The notes under the pieces are model-generated. The model searched no databases and had not been told where the DNA came from. It saw only the letters and a list, made by a program, of their open reading frames with translations. The translations under genes and the position numbers were made by a program. A stretch of 63,440 bases of DNA, the filler included. It is 10 parts of 10 records of this genome, joined end to end, with 100 filler letters (N's around TTAATTAATTAA, not from the genome) between each part and the next. Parts side by side here need not be neighbours in the genome. Positions count along the whole stretch, not along the records: positions 39,739 to 46,039 come from SRR31147125_262624; positions 46,140 to 52,008 come from SRR31147125_264377; positions 52,109 to 57,301 come from SRR31147125_264399; 7 more parts are not named here. One strand, written 5' to 3'. This document shows positions 43,951 to 55,708 of this stretch, piece after piece. How positions within the stretch are numbered: position 1 is the stretch's first letter; every line of letters begins with the position of its first letter.

Positions 43951-45737
43951 CGGACACGGAAGAGATCTCGTACGCACGAAGCAGCATATACCCGATGACA
44001 AATACAGGGATAAACGGAAGATACATCACCAGTTGTCCCTCTGTGGTGTCCCCCTCGTCGAAAATCTGCAGGCCAAGTCCTGCAATGAATGCATATCTAG
44101 TGGCGCATGAGGACCTTGTTTTCGTAATGCAAAATAAGTTACGTACAGAATGACAGAGAAGAGGCCACCGCGCTGCAAGGGTTCGGTTCAGGATTACCCG
44201 TCAGAACCCATTACACGTACAAGCATGTTCACAGGATGGATGAAGTAGGGTTGAATGAGATGAATCAGGACAAGGAGGAGGAGAGATGCACTAATGTATC
44301 TGTGATGATGAAATCGTAAGATCGTGAGGGTGTGCCGAGAGGTCGTACATAATGCCCATGACAATAGGGTGACTAGGGAGGATAAATATCTGGGTGTGCC
44401 TTGTCAAGAAGTCTCCCGGCTGATGGTGAGGACAATTCAATTGGGATACGGTGCAAATGATCAACAACGTCTTCAAAGTCAGAGAGAGAACATCAAAGCG
44501 TGTGTGTTCCCTAACAACAAGGGTACCCATGAGGATGGTACGCGGATTCGTATCAAATAGAGAAATCCAAACCGGCGAAGAATGTCATGAGACTTGGGAT
44601 CCGCAGGAAACTTGTTGAGCGTGAGAATGAAACTCAGGGGCGCGAATACAAGAAGAGCGAGTCCCGAGGTAATCATCATAATCCAATGATAAGGACCCCT
44701 ATAGGCTCGGCGAGGGCCCTCGTGTGAATTCATGACTCCAAGGACTGCACGGGAGGAAAACGAACCAACACTCGCCAATCATATCAGTACTTTTCACACA
44801 GTAGAAGGTAGAGATGAGAATCCGCATAAAGGGAATATATCCGGCCGATGCCACGAATGAGATGGTGGTAACAAATGTACGGCTAAGCCACAGAGGTGCC
44901 CGTGGATAGCCAATGTAGAAGAAACTGAACGCGCCCTCTCGTTGTTGGTTTGGTTGACGGGTTTGACCACACAGCCACCCCCCGCACCGGCATGTGAGGG
45001 CCACGGGAATCAGAGACACGAGAATAAACGCGAAAACAGCCCAAAACAAAGTCTGATCCACAGCCACAGGGGGGTCGGATGTGAAGCTAAGCTGTTGGGA
45101 GACGACACCCCTGTTAGCAGTGTCCTACACACATTGCACGACGTACTTGGGAGTAGATAAATGGTGCCGTAGCTGTTGTACTCATCTCCGCAAGGTCCCG
45201 TGTGGCGAACCTTACCAGCTCTGCATGACGTCATCCGTCAAGGATAGCAACGTTCATGTGCACCAAAGGTGAAAGGATACGAAGAAACTCAATAACAACA
45301 AGGAGAAGCGGAAGGAGGGTTGTTCGTAGGAAACCACGGGGCGGGGGTACCTCCACCATGGTGAGAAGAAGTCCCAGATACGTACGACGCCATCTCCAGC
45401 GTGAAGAAAAGAGCTGCGCTCGAATCGCAGGGTTGATGTTCTGAGGTAAGGCGCACGTTTTGTCTAATAGTGGCGTTGGTTCCCAGAAGTGAGCCGGCCA
45501 CGAACGTCCCACACCTGTACACGCTGTTCTTGCAACCTTCTTCACTCGAGAAGGATGTGAGGCGACTATCTCCAGACTCGTGAGTTGAGTGGCTTCGTCT
45601 CCCTCAAACGACACCAGGGGAGAGGTTGAAGCGATCCGTGCCGGCGTTGACAAGGGGAAGCGACCTAGGGGGGGCGGTGGGCTTCCTTGTCCCTTCTCCC
45701 CTTCTTCGCACAACTCGTCCTCCCTTCCTTGTGCCAT
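43950..45737 (-). CDS. Multi-pass membrane protein N-terminal region, TmcB/TmcC-like (eukaryotic, spliced)
   Basis: Removing introns 45280-45221 and 45146-45092 (GTACGT..GCTAAC..AACAG) gives LLLVVIEFLQLVRFA..IYSQLSFTSDPP..LFWAVFAFILV. Later segments read GYIPFMRILISTFYC, HWIMMITSGLALLVFAPLSFIL..DPKS and FDVLSLTLKTLLII. The family resemblance is recalled, not searched. Confidence 0.5.
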
Positions 45738-45875
45738 TTCAAAGAGAAAGAAAATGGACGAAAACGTATTGGGGATTGAGAAGGGGATGGAAGGGATGAG
45801 ACCCGTTGGGATCGGGATCAAGCGGTCACCCCGAAAAGGAACCGCCTAAAATTAGATGAGTATCCACATGCTGTG

Positions 45876-45905
45876 TCACGGTATTTCACGGTATTTCACG
45901 GTATT
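45876..45905. repeat. 10-bp tandem repeat x3 (TCACGGTATT) in divergent intergenic region
   Basis: tcacggtatt tcacggtatt tcacggtatt, read directly. Confidence 0.85.
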
Positions 45906-45926
45906 ATCCCCCCTTCTTCATGCCTC

Positions 45927-46039
45927 ATGCAGGGACGTGGTGAGGGGAAGAGGGGAGGGAGGCCTCGAAGGCCCATGAACATCGACCAGCTGTTGCCCAT
46001 TGTTGACCTCCCGGTTCGCGAGGCAGCGGCACATCTCGG
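45927..46039 (+). CDS. Probable RWP-RK transcription factor, N-terminal fragment
   Basis: MQGRGEGKRGGRPRRPMNIDQLLPIVDLPVREAAAHLG matches the start of the RWP-RK domain (..L..YF.LP..EAA..LG); truncated before the RWP motif. Confidence 0.55.
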
Positions 46040-46139
46040 NNNNNNNNNNNNNNNNNNNNNNNNNNNNNNNNNNNNNNNNNNNNTTAATTAATTAANNNNN
46101 NNNNNNNNNNNNNNNNNNNNNNNNNNNNNNNNNNNNNNN
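46040..46139. other. Artificial contig spacer
   Basis: Same linker. Confidence 0.99.
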
Positions 46140-46401
46140 CGGACCCACCATCGCCACCCTGGCCATCCTGGCTTTCCGGGCCCAGTGGGACAACCTCCTC
46201 TGGCCCCTGCTGGTGGTGCAGTCGGAAAAGATGAAGACCATTCCCCTCTATATCGTCAAGTTTACCGCGGAGAAACACAGTGACGAGGGAGCCATGATGG
46301 CCGTGGCCCTGCTGGCCAGTATCCCCATGTTCATCTTGTTCTTCACCCTTTCCGAATACTTCGTGGGCGGTTCGGCCGTCTACTCCTCAAGGAAGGGCTG
46401 A
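46140..46401 (+). CDS. Carbohydrate ABC transporter permease (MalG type), C-terminal fragment
   Basis: PTIATLAILAFRAQWDNLLWPLLV..MKTIP..MMAVALLASIPMFILFF..SSRKG. Confidence 0.85.
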
Positions 46402-46967
46402 TGCTCTATATCTTTGATATGGGAGGCGTGGTCCTCAAGGGCGTTTTCGAGCTGAAGGATATTCTGGAAGCCGAAGGGGTCGATCTGGACCTGTTCTCCC
46501 TCTACCGGGACGATCTGATGGACCGTTATTCCGCCGGGAAACTGACGGAAGAGGTGTACTGGGAAGGGTTCAACAAACTCTACGGTACGGAGATCCGGGC
46601 CCCCCAATGGGGCCGTTTCTTCAATCCCGAGATGGACCCGGAGATGGTGGCTTTTATCGAAGAGCTGAAGCGGAACAACCGGGTGGTCTGCGGTTCCAAT
46701 ACCATCGATCCCCACTGGAAGTGGAGCATGAACCGGGGAGACTACGACTGTTTTCACAAGGTTTATGCTTCCCACCTGATGGGGGTGGCGAAACCGGACA
46801 CCCGTTTCTGGGAGATGATCCTTGAAAGCGAGCAGTCGAAACCGGAAGAGACCGTATTCATCGACGACTTTCCGGACAATGTGGAGGCTGCCGCTTCCAT
46901 GGGTATCCGGGCCGTTCTCTACCGGGACCTCAGTTCTCTCCGGGAGGAGCTGGCTCTTCCCGTCTGA
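46401..46967 (+). CDS. HAD family phosphatase (YihX-like)
   Basis: FDMGGV motif I, SNT, KPD and FIDD..NVEAA. The start overlaps the upstream stop. Confidence 0.88.
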   Translation: MLYIFDMGGVVLKGVFELKDILEAEGVDLDLFSLYRDDLMDRYSAGKLTEEVYWEGFNKLYGTEIRAPQWGRFFNPEMDPEMVAFIEELKRNNRVVCGSNTIDPHWKWSMNRGDYDCFHKVYASHLMGVAKPDTRFWEMILESEQSKPEETVFIDDFPDNVEAAASMGIRAVLYRDLSSLREELALPV

Positions 46968-47738
46968 GTCCGTTCAGATAGCGGCTGGGAGACACACCGA
47001 TGTACTTCCGGAAGATGCCGCTGAAGTAGCTCATGTCCCGGAAACCCGTTTTCCGGGCGATTTCATTGATACGCAGGCCCTGGTCCTTCATAAGTTCCAG
47101 GGCCTTTTTCAGTCTCTGGAACCGCAGGTACTCCAGGAAGGAATAGCTGGTCTTGGTCCGGAACAGCCGGGAGAGGTAGCTCTCGGTGATGCCGATATGC
47201 TCCGCCGCGTCCCGGAGGGAGATGTCTTCGCTGTAGCGGGCTTTGATATACTCGATGGCGCTGTCCACGTAGAAGTCCTGTTTGTCCCCTGACGGAGGGC
47301 TGACATACTCCCGGAAGGGAGAGGCGGGGAGGGTGTTGCCTCGTTCCGGATGCTCCGCTGCTCCGCCTTCCGGTTCAGCAGATCCCGGCTGATCCGTTCC
47401 AGGGCGGCGTAGAACTCCTCGTCGTCCACGGGTTTGACGATATAGTCCTTCACTCCCAGGCGGATGGCCTGCCGGGCGTAGGTAAAATCACTGTGACCCG
47501 TCAGGATCAGGGCGGCGGGGGGACGGACCTTCTCCAGCATTTCGATGCCGTCCTGTCCGGGCATCCGGATGTCGGTCACCACGATATCGGGCCGGAGGGA
47601 GCGGATCAGCTCTTCCCCTTTCAGGCCGTTGTCCGCCGAGCCTATCACCTCGCAGGAGAACCGCTCCCAGGGGGTGGTCAGGACAATCTCGTTCCGCACC
47701 AGCTCCTCATCTTCCACCACCAGAACTTTCAGTTTCAT
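46930..47738 (-). CDS. Response regulator, receiver + AraC HTH (YesN-like), one frameshift ~47340-47400
   Basis: VVEDE, TDIRMPGQDG, YIVKP; AraC domain YLSRLF..GFRDMSYFSGIFRKYIGVSPSRY. Confidence 0.88.
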
Positions 47739-49456
47739 TGAATACTCCTCTCAGGATCTCCGCAGGACGCCCCCAGGCGGATGGTTACGGCAGTAGACTC
47801 TTCCTCCGGGGAGAAGGCCAGTCCCGCTTCGTCCCCGTAGTAGAGCTTCAGCCGCCGGTGTACATTCCTCAGCCCCACGCCTTTCCGGCCTTCCAGGGCC
47901 TGCTCCCAGAGCTCTTCCGTCAGTCCGCCGCCGTTGTCCCGGACTGTCAGCCGGGGGGATCCGCTTCGCCGGTGATGAGGATCCGCCGGTCTCCGGTCAG
48001 CTTCTCCAGGCCGTGGATGACCGAGTTTTCCACCACCGGCTGAACAATCAGCCGGGGAATCTCCCGGCCCAGGAGGCCCGGATCGATCCGGATCTCCCAG
48101 TTGAAGTTTGCCCCGTAGCGTATTTTCTGTATCTGAAGGTAGCCTTCCACCAGTTTCAGGCTCTGTTCCACCGTGGTGAACTCCGCTTCCGAATCGATGG
48201 AGTCCCGCAGAAGTTTACCCAGCTGGGTCACGATGGTCGTGATGTCCTCCACCCCGTGGAGCTTGGAAAGGGCCTTCACGGTGTTCAGGGTGTTGTAGAG
48301 AAAGTGGGGGTTGATCTGTGACTGGAGGGCCTGGCGTTCGGCGGTCCGCAGGGCCTTTTCCCGTTCCACCCGGGCTTCCAGAAGAGTCCGGATACGGGAG
48401 GCCATGCTGTTGAATCCGTGAAAGAGGATCTCGAACTCGTCCTCCTGGAAATCCTTCACCCGCACGGTCAGGTCGCCCTTTTCCATCTTTTTCATGGCAT
48501 CCACAAGGACCGTGACCGGGTGGGTGATCGCCCGGGCCAGGCCGAAGGCCATCAGGGAGGAGACGATCAGGCCCATCACGGAGATCATCAGGATCATCCG
48601 GGAGAGGGCCGCCAGGTTGGTGGTGACCGTACCCAGACGGAGCGTCCCCGCCAGGGTCAGTTCCTCGGGATAGAGGGAGGCGTAGGCCACCAGGGTTTCC
48701 CCGGAGGTGAGAACCCCCGACTCGCCCCGGGGGATCTGCCACCCCAGGCCGGAAAAGTTCCCGTACTCCCCCTCCCGGAAGAGGCTGACGAATTTGTAGT
48801 TGATATTGTCCAGAAGGTAGATATCCGTAAAAAAACCCGCATTGATGTTCTCCAGGGTTTTTCCCAGGAACTCTGTATTCAGGTCCGTGATGATGAATCC
48901 CTTGCGGCCTTCGGGAGATTCCAGCATCCGGAAGAGGGAGAGGGCGACCCGGTCGCCCTTGGGACTGGCGAAGCTGTCCACCATGGGGAAGGTCTCCCGG
49001 TTCCGTTTCAGTTTCACATAGGTTCCCAGGGAGTGCTCCGAGGAGTTGGGGTTGTATCTGTCCGGAATCATATGGGTGGAGTAAATCCGGTCTCCTCTCT
49101 CCGACCAGATGGATCGAGGCGTCTTCGATGCTGCCCCACAGTTCTCTGTACAAGGTCTGATAGAGCAGGGACAGCTCCTCTTTGGCCGGCTTCTCCGGAG
49201 CGAACAGGGCGCGGGTCACTTCATCCCTCCGGGACAGCCGGAGGGCCGCCTCCCGGTACTCCGTAACGGTCGTATTCATCCGGGCCACCAGGAGTTCCAT
49301 CCGGCCGGCGGACTGGTCGCTGTAGGTGTCTTCGATCAGACGGGAGGAGAAAAGGACGGTAAAAACGCCGAGAAGGATCACCTGGATCAGGCCTGTCAGA
49401 AGGAGGGACAGAAAAATACGGGTGAGGAAACGGCGGGGGGGCAGGCTGTTGAACAT
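47735..49456 (-). CDS. Sensor histidine kinase, YesM/LytS type, two frameshifts (~49100, ~47955)
   Basis: N-terminal TM, HAMP, LQSQINPHFLYNTL, QPVVENSVIHG, and in the shifted frame VRDNGGG and GVGLRNVHRRLKL. The stop overlaps the regulator ATG (ATGA). Confidence 0.87.
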
Positions 49457-49633
49457 CCCGTCAATTCTATCGGATCCGGCGGATTTCAGGCAAGGGCCCG
49501 GATGAGCTTCCGGGGATGTTTCAGGGCCGGATTTTCAGGGAGGGCGGTCTGATTTAAAATCATATACAGATGTAATTTATTTGAAATGTGACCCCCCGGG
49601 GGATTAATCTTGAAATATGAGGAGAAGAAGGCC

Positions 49634-51881
49634 ATGAAAAAGAAAAGCATCAGTGTCAGGATGAAATCCCTGATTCTGAATCTGATTGTTCCGGTCGTCC
49701 TGTTTCTGGTTATCAGTTTTCTGATCTTTCTGGTTCAGTACAGGATCTCCTATCAGGAACGGAAGAACGAGCTGGAATTAACGGCGGATCAGATCCGCGA
49801 TACCCTGACCATCCCGGTGGTGCAGAATTTTCAGATACTGGACTGCGTCCGTAAACTGCCGGATGTGCATGAGCTGCTGGAAGAGATGCCCGACTCCCTT
49901 GACTGGGAGGATTTCAGAAGGGTTGAATCCTATGGTCATGTCCAGAATGCCCTCGGACGGTTCATCGAGGGCCGGCCGGTGACTCTTCTCTATATCGGAT
50001 CGGAAAAAAGCCGGGGAATGGTGGCGGAGCGGGAGCTGAAACTGCCGGACACCTATGATGCCCGGAAGCGGCCCTGGTACACGTCGACCCTGGGATCCTG
50101 GAGTGAATGGAGCCGCACGGAGGGCGGGACGGCCCGTACGGCTCTCGATGCGGTGGACCGGAGAAACAGCTTCAATATTTCCGATCCCTATCCGACGGCC
50201 GAAGAGGGGGTGAACCGTCTGTCCATGACCATCTCCCATGTCATAACCGATCCCCTCAGCGGAGAGGTCGCCGGTGTGGCTTCCCTGGATTACGATATCA
50301 GGGAGATCATTGACATTCTGGTGCTCCTGTCGGAGGAGAGGGATCTGAACATGACCCTCTATTCCTCCCGGACGGGGCTGATCCTCTGGGGGAAGAATGT
50401 GGGGATCATGGATGCGGAAAATCCTGTCTATCTGGAAGATCTGGGGAAGACATTCGGATACGGGCGGGAGGATCTGGGCCGGCTCCTGACATCGGTCAGG
50501 GAGGAGGAGGACTTCTACTTTGAAGGGACTATGGCGGGCGGCGGTGTCGGGATGATCCACACGGTCCTGATCGGAGGTACCCCCTGGGGGCTTATGGTCA
50601 CCCAGCCCAGAGGCCGGGTGCAGAGGGATGTGGTCTCCGCGATCCTGCCGCCTCTGCTGATCGTGGGGAGCCTGTTCATCCTCTTCCTGCTGGGGGATTC
50701 CTCCTGGTGGCCGGCGTCATCATCCGGCCCCTGAAGAGGACGGCCCTCACCCTGGAGGATATGGCGTCCGGGGAGGGCGATCTGACCAGCCGGATGCCCG
50801 TCCGTTCGGGGGATGAAATAGGTCAGCTGGCGGAGAGCTTCAATCTCTTTGCGGAAAAACTCCGGGGGCTGATTGCGGGCATAAAGACGGCGGTGGGTTC
50901 ACTGGAGGAGATCAAGGACTCCATGGTGTCTTCCACCGAGGAGACCACCGCTTCGGTGGAGGAGATTACCGCCAATATCGATTCCATGGGGAGTCAGATG
51001 ACCGTTCTGGATGAGAACCTGGCAACCAATGCCACGTCCATCGAACAGATCACCTCCAATATCGGGCAGTTCGATCTGCAGATCACCAACCAGGCCTCCA
51101 TGGTGGAGGAATCGACGGCGGCGATCACCCAGATGATCGCTTCCCTGGCGAACGTCTCCCAGGTGACGGTTTCCAAGAAGAACACCACGAAAAACTGGGA
51201 GCCGTGGCGGAGATGGGCAAGCAGCAGCTGGAAGAGACAACCCAGGCCTTCCGCAGCGTGGTGGACAACATGACCCGTATCCGGGAGATGGCCGATGCGA
51301 TCAACAAGATTGCCGCCCAGACCAACCTGCTCTCCATGAATGCCGCCATCGAGGCGGCCCATGCGGGGGATACGGGCCGGGGATTTGCCGTGGTGGCCGA
51401 GGAGATCCGGAAACTGGCGGACTCGGCGGGACACTCTTCCAAGAGCATCACCGATCTGATAAAGCAGATCTCCGACGGCATGGCCGAAACAGAGGGGAAG
51501 GTCCAGAATACCAGCGTGGCCTTTGATCAGATCAACAATGAAATCCACAGCACCATCAACGCCTTTGCGGAGATAGAAAACTCCGTGGCCGAGCTGAATA
51601 TGGGCGGCCAGCAGATCCTGGAATCCTCGGAGCAGATCAACAACGTGACCATCAGCATCCGGGACGGCTCCACCGAGATCAAGGGAGGTGTTCAGTCCAT
51701 GCTGAAGGCCTCGGACGAGGTGAAGAACATCTCGCGACGTGTAAACGAAGGGTCTGCGGAGGTCAAATCCGGGGTGGATGAAATACTCCGGTCCATGCAG
51801 CTGATCATGGAGCTGGGAAGCAGCCTGGACACCATCGTGAGCGAGCTGAGGGATAAATTCGACCGGTTCCGGACCGAGTAA
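49634..51881 (+). CDS. Methyl-accepting chemotaxis protein (Cache-HAMP-MA), two frameshifts (~50692, ~51195)
   Basis: YDARKRPWY Cache motif, [19 protein letters not shown] and [50 protein letters not shown] is a spirochaete-type MCP pattern. Confidence 0.9.
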
Positions 51882-52008
51882 TCAGACCCTGTTCCCGCGG
51901 CAGAAGGCCACGAATTCCTCAACAAAGGACGCCGGGGAGCGGTCGGTATAGACAAACCGGAGCTCCCGGAGGGCGGGCCCCCGGGAAAAGGGGACCTCCT
52001 TCAGGGTT

Positions 52009-52108
52009 NNNNNNNNNNNNNNNNNNNNNNNNNNNNNNNNNNNNNNNNNNNNTTAATTAATTAANNNNNNNNNNNNNNNNNNNNNNNNNNNNNNNNNNNN
52101 NNNNNNNN
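52009..52108. other. Artificial contig spacer
   Basis: Same linker. Confidence 0.99.
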
Positions 52109-52990
52109 CAGCATGCTCACCTCCCGGCACCCGACGCTGATGCGGTCCTTGAGGCCGGCCCGGTCGATATTTTTGCGGGCAGCCTCCACCGCCACCTCAT
52201 CACCGTCGTAACCGACCAGCGGCGGCCACTCTTTCTCCTGAGCTGCGTCTTCTCTTTCGATGGCTTCATCCACCAGCGCATCCCAGATGTCCGCACGATG
52301 CCCGTTCCACCCGAGCATCCCGTAGTAGGACCGGCCAAGTCCGGGGGCCGAATCCCCCACCATCAGCGCCGCCTCGATCAGCAGCGTCCCGGAGCCGCAC
52401 ATCGGGTCCAGCAGGACCGATTCCCCGTCCCAGCCGCTCATCCTGACAATTGCCGCAGCCAGACTTTCCTTCAGCGGGGCGGGGCCGGACGCCAGCCGGT
52501 AACCGCGCCGGTGCAGCGGAACCCCAGACAGGTCGAGGCCGACCAGAACACTGGTGCCGCCGATGTGTACGTAGACCTGCACATCCGGATTCGAGGTCCG
52601 CACGGATGGCCGCAGCCCGGTGGCCTCTCTGAACTGATCGACAATACCGTCCTTTACCCGCAGCGCACCGAACATGCTGTTGGTTATCGGGCCGTCACCC
52701 GACAGGACGCAGTCGACGGCAAAACTCGCGTCCACCGAAAGATGGTCACCCCAGTCTATTCCCATTGCCCCGCCATAGAGGTCATCACCATCATCGATAT
52801 CGAAGGTATCGAGGACCGCAACAATCCGGGAGGAGAACCTCGACCAGAGGCACGCCCGATAGCCCTGCTCAAGCGTGCCGGTCCAGTCAATTGATCCGCG
52901 ACGCTGGTCGGTGATTTCCCCACCCCACTCCTCGATTTCGGAAACGACCAGCGGTTCCAGGCCGGCTGCACACGTGTTGATATAGCGCAT
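52109..52990 (-). CDS. rlmL: 23S rRNA G2445 methyltransferase RlmL (THUMP + MTase; probably RlmKL), 3'-truncated
   Basis: YRACLWSR, GALRVKDGIVDQFR, LHRRGYR, APLKESLAAA and DPMCGSGTLLIEAA. Confidence 0.9.
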
Positions 52991-53081
52991 AAGCTCCAGT
53001 TTCAGTTTCGGTTAGCATTTACCACGTTATTCCACCCTCCCCTCACGCCCCGCAACGAACCGGTTCGCCACGACAAAAACC

Positions 53082-53109
53082 TTGACCTCTCTCGCAATAA
53101 GGCTAGAAT
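53082..53109 (+). promoter_or_regulatory. Sigma70-like promoter for pal
   Basis: TTGACC-16 nt-TAGAAT about 105 nt upstream of the ATG. Confidence 0.55.
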
Positions 53110-53214
53110 AGATGCAACGGGCAAAGTACCGAGATCCGGCACTTTCACTCGCCTTATAGCAGATTACCGACCCAAAATCCACTCACCCACAGACATCGGA
53201 GCAAGAGGAAAAAG

Positions 53215-53832
53215 ATGAAAAAGGTCGTCACCAGGCTTCTTCTGATCGTAGCTATCACCACAGCCGTTGCCGTTTTTACCGGAGGCTGTACCAAGAAACC
53301 GGTTATCCCTCCCGAAGCGGACAATAAAGCCGGCAGCACAACGTCGAGCAGCCAGTCCCAGAACGCGGGCGGCGGCGGTTACTCGGAGAACAGTCTCGCA
53401 ATCGAGGGCACGCTGGACGACAGCGCCGCTTCCGAGGGGACAGCAGGTGCTGTTGCAATGGATCAACAGAGCGACGAATACAAGCAGATGCACGGCCGCT
53501 CGTCGAGTGGTCTGGCACCGGTCTACTTCGATTTCGACCAGGCTATCATCAAACCCGACATGGTCGACCGTATGCTCCAGAATGCGGAATACCTGAAGCA
53601 GGTTTACAACACAGTGATCATCGAGGGTAACTGCGATGACCGCGGCACCAAGGAGTACAACCTCGCACTCGGTGAAAAGCGGGCGATCAACGTCAGGGAA
53701 TACCTGATTGATCTCGGTGTGGAACCAACCCGCATCAGAACCGTCAGCTACGGTGAGGAACGACCGCTCTTCTTCGAGCAGACCGATTTCGCGTGGGGCC
53801 AGAATCGCCGGGCTGATTTCGTTATCGAATAG
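53215..53832 (+). CDS. pal: Peptidoglycan-associated lipoprotein Pal (OmpA C-domain)
   Basis: Lipobox FTGGC; VYFDFD, IEGNCDDRGTKEYNLALGEKRA, VSYGEERP and NRRADF. Confidence 0.92.
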   Translation: MKKVVTRLLLIVAITTAVAVFTGGCTKKPVIPPEADNKAGSTTSSSQSQNAGGGGYSENSLAIEGTLDDSAASEGTAGAVAMDQQSDEYKQMHGRSSSGLAPVYFDFDQAIIKPDMVDRMLQNAEYLKQVYNTVIIEGNCDDRGTKEYNLALGEKRAINVREYLIDLGVEPTRIRTVSYGEERPLFFEQTDFAWGQNRRADFVIE

Positions 53833-53847
53833 GCGCCGATCATCGTG

Positions 53848-53886
53848 TATCCGGAATGACGGGGAGGCCTCCCGTCATTCCGGATA
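53848..53886. terminator. Strong hairpin between convergent pal and cmk (bidirectional terminator / REP-like)
   Basis: 16-bp perfect stem TATCCGGAATGACGGG / CCCGTCATTCCGGATA. Confidence 0.75.
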
Positions 53887-53901
53887 ACGTTCACATCCTG
53901 T

Positions 53902-54592
53902 TCACCAATCAGTTGTTTTCACAACTGTTTCCAGAATTTCCCGCAGGACCTGTTCCACATTCATATCGGTGGTATCTATCAGGACCGCATCGTCGGCCTT
54001 TCTGAGCGGTGCGATGGCCCGCTCGCGATCCTGCCGATCGCGTGCGATCGTCATTTCAAGCAGTTTTTCTTCATCGACCGCCTCACCTCGCTCACGCAGC
54101 TGACCGGCCCGCCTGGCCACTCGTGCGGCCGGGGTAGCATCGAGAAAGAACTTGCAGTCCGCTTCGGGAAACACAACGGTTCCTGTATCCCTTCCCTCGG
54201 CGACGATAGATGCATGCTCCCCGCCCTGCGCTGCAATGCAGTCAGTTTTTTCTGACCGGGACCAGTTTCGACACCAAGGATGCCAGCATCGACATCTCTG
54301 GGCTCCTGATCAATGCACTGATATCTTCACCGTTGAGCACAACGCCGACATCACCGTTTTGCCGGTCCGCAGGTTTGAGCTTCAGGGAAATGGTGTCCAG
54401 TGCCGCTTCAACCTCATCCGGGTTATCGAGATCCGTCCCCTCTGTGCGCAGAAACCAGGCGACCGCCCGATACATTGCTCCGGTATCCAGGTAGGTGAAA
54501 CCCAGCCGTGCAGCGACCCCCCTGCTGATCGTCGATTTGCCCACACCTGCCGGGCCATCGATCGTGATAACCCGCGTCAGCGCCTCACCCAT
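53902..54592 (-). CDS. cmk: Cytidylate kinase, one frameshift at run 54246-54251
   Basis: [22 protein letters not shown], (shifted) [14 protein letters not shown] and [13 protein letters not shown]. Confidence 0.93.
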
Positions 54593-55697
54593 AGCCGCAT
54601 TCCCGAATGGCCACGCCGAGTGCAGCGAGAAACCTGTCGTTCTCTTCGGCGGTGCCGATAGTAATCCTGATGAAGGTTTCGAACCCATAGGCCTTCATCG
54701 ACCTGACGATCACCCCCTGCCGCAGCATCGCCTCGTAGAGAGTGGTTGCGTCACCCTTCACGTCAATCAGGAAGAAGTTGGTGTGCGACGGGTAAGCCGT
54801 GCACCCGAGACGTTCGACTCCCTCTCTCAGGTATTCCTTGCCCGAGGCGGTGAGACGCAGTGTCTTCCGGTAGAACTCATCGTCGGCGATTGCCGCCCGC
54901 GCGCCCTCCTGGGCAACGAGGTTGACATTGAAGGGCTGGCGGACCTTGTGCAGGCAGGTGGCGATCTGCTCGCTCATCAGACCGAAACCGACGCGCAGCC
55001 CGGCCAGACCAAATGCCTTGGAAAATGTCCTCAGCAAGACCACACCGCAACGGCCCTCTCCATCGTCGGTCAAGGGGATGGTATCATACGATTCGCCTTC
55101 AGCGACAAAGTCGATGTACGCCTCGTCCAGAACCACGATGACGTGCTCCGGCAAGCCTGAAAGGAACGACTCAAGACGATCCCGCTCGAGAAACGTCCCG
55201 GTCGGATTATTGGGGTTGTCGAGAAAAATCAACCGGGTCCGCTCTGTAACCAGATCCGTTATCGCATCGAGATCATGATACATATCGCGAAGCTCGACCA
55301 CGTGGTTGATGCCGCCGCGCACCTGTACGAATTTCTGATACATCAGAAAGGAAGGGTGGCTGGTAATCACCTCGTCGCCTTCCTCAACAAACGCTTTTAC
55401 CAGGAACTCGATAACCTCGTTCGAGCCATTTCCGAGCACAATTCGGTCCGAAGCAACCCCGATATGCTCACTCAACGTCCGGTTTAGATAATAACAGGAG
55501 CCGTCGGGATAGCGGTGCAGGTTTTCGAGCGCGTCTCGCATTGCCTCCACGGCAACCGGAGACGGCCCGAAGGGGTTCTCGTTCGATGCGAGTTTAATCG
55601 AACCGGTAATATTGTACTCCCGTTCAAGCTCTTCGATCGGCTTGCCCGGCGGGTACGGAGTAATATCAGAGATGTGTTGCGGTACTTTCAGTTTCAC
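54585..55697 (-). CDS. hisC: Histidinol-phosphate aminotransferase
   Basis: [31 protein letters not shown] and [15 protein letters not shown]. Confidence 0.93.
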   Translation of the reverse strand: MKLKVPQHISDITPYPPGKPIEELEREYNITGSIKLASNENPFGPSPVAVEAMRDALENLHRYPDGSCYYLNRTLSEHIGVASDRIVLGNGSNEVIEFLVKAFVEEGDEVITSHPSFLMYQKFVQVRGGINHVVELRDMYHDLDAITDLVTERTRLIFLDNPNNPTGTFLERDRLESFLSGLPEHVIVVLDEAYIDFVAEGESYDTIPLTDDGEGRCGVVLLRTFSKAFGLAGLRVGFGLMSEQIATCLHKVRQPFNVNLVAQEGARAAIADDEFYRKTLRLTASGKEYLREGVERLGCTAYPSHTNFFLIDVKGDATTLYEAMLRQGVIVRSMKAYGFETFIRITIGTAEENDRFLAALGVAIRECGYG

Positions 55698-55708
55698 GGT
55701 ACGCCTCC

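Noticed and set aside
45231-45233. In-frame TGA in a eukaryotic ORF as selenocysteine or stop reassignment (selB is also in the window)
   Set aside because: The TGA lies inside a 60-nt GT-AG intron (45280-45221), and selB is on an unrelated bacterial contig.
53118-53153. GGCAAA-containing hairpin upstream of pal as a c-di-GMP riboswitch
   Set aside because: It lacks the GNRA tetraloop/receptor and the second stem; it is only a generic leader hairpin.
46930-54592. Split regulator, kinase, MCP and cmk ORFs as gene decay
   Set aside because: Single-base shifts restore full-length canonical proteins, consistent with sequencing error.
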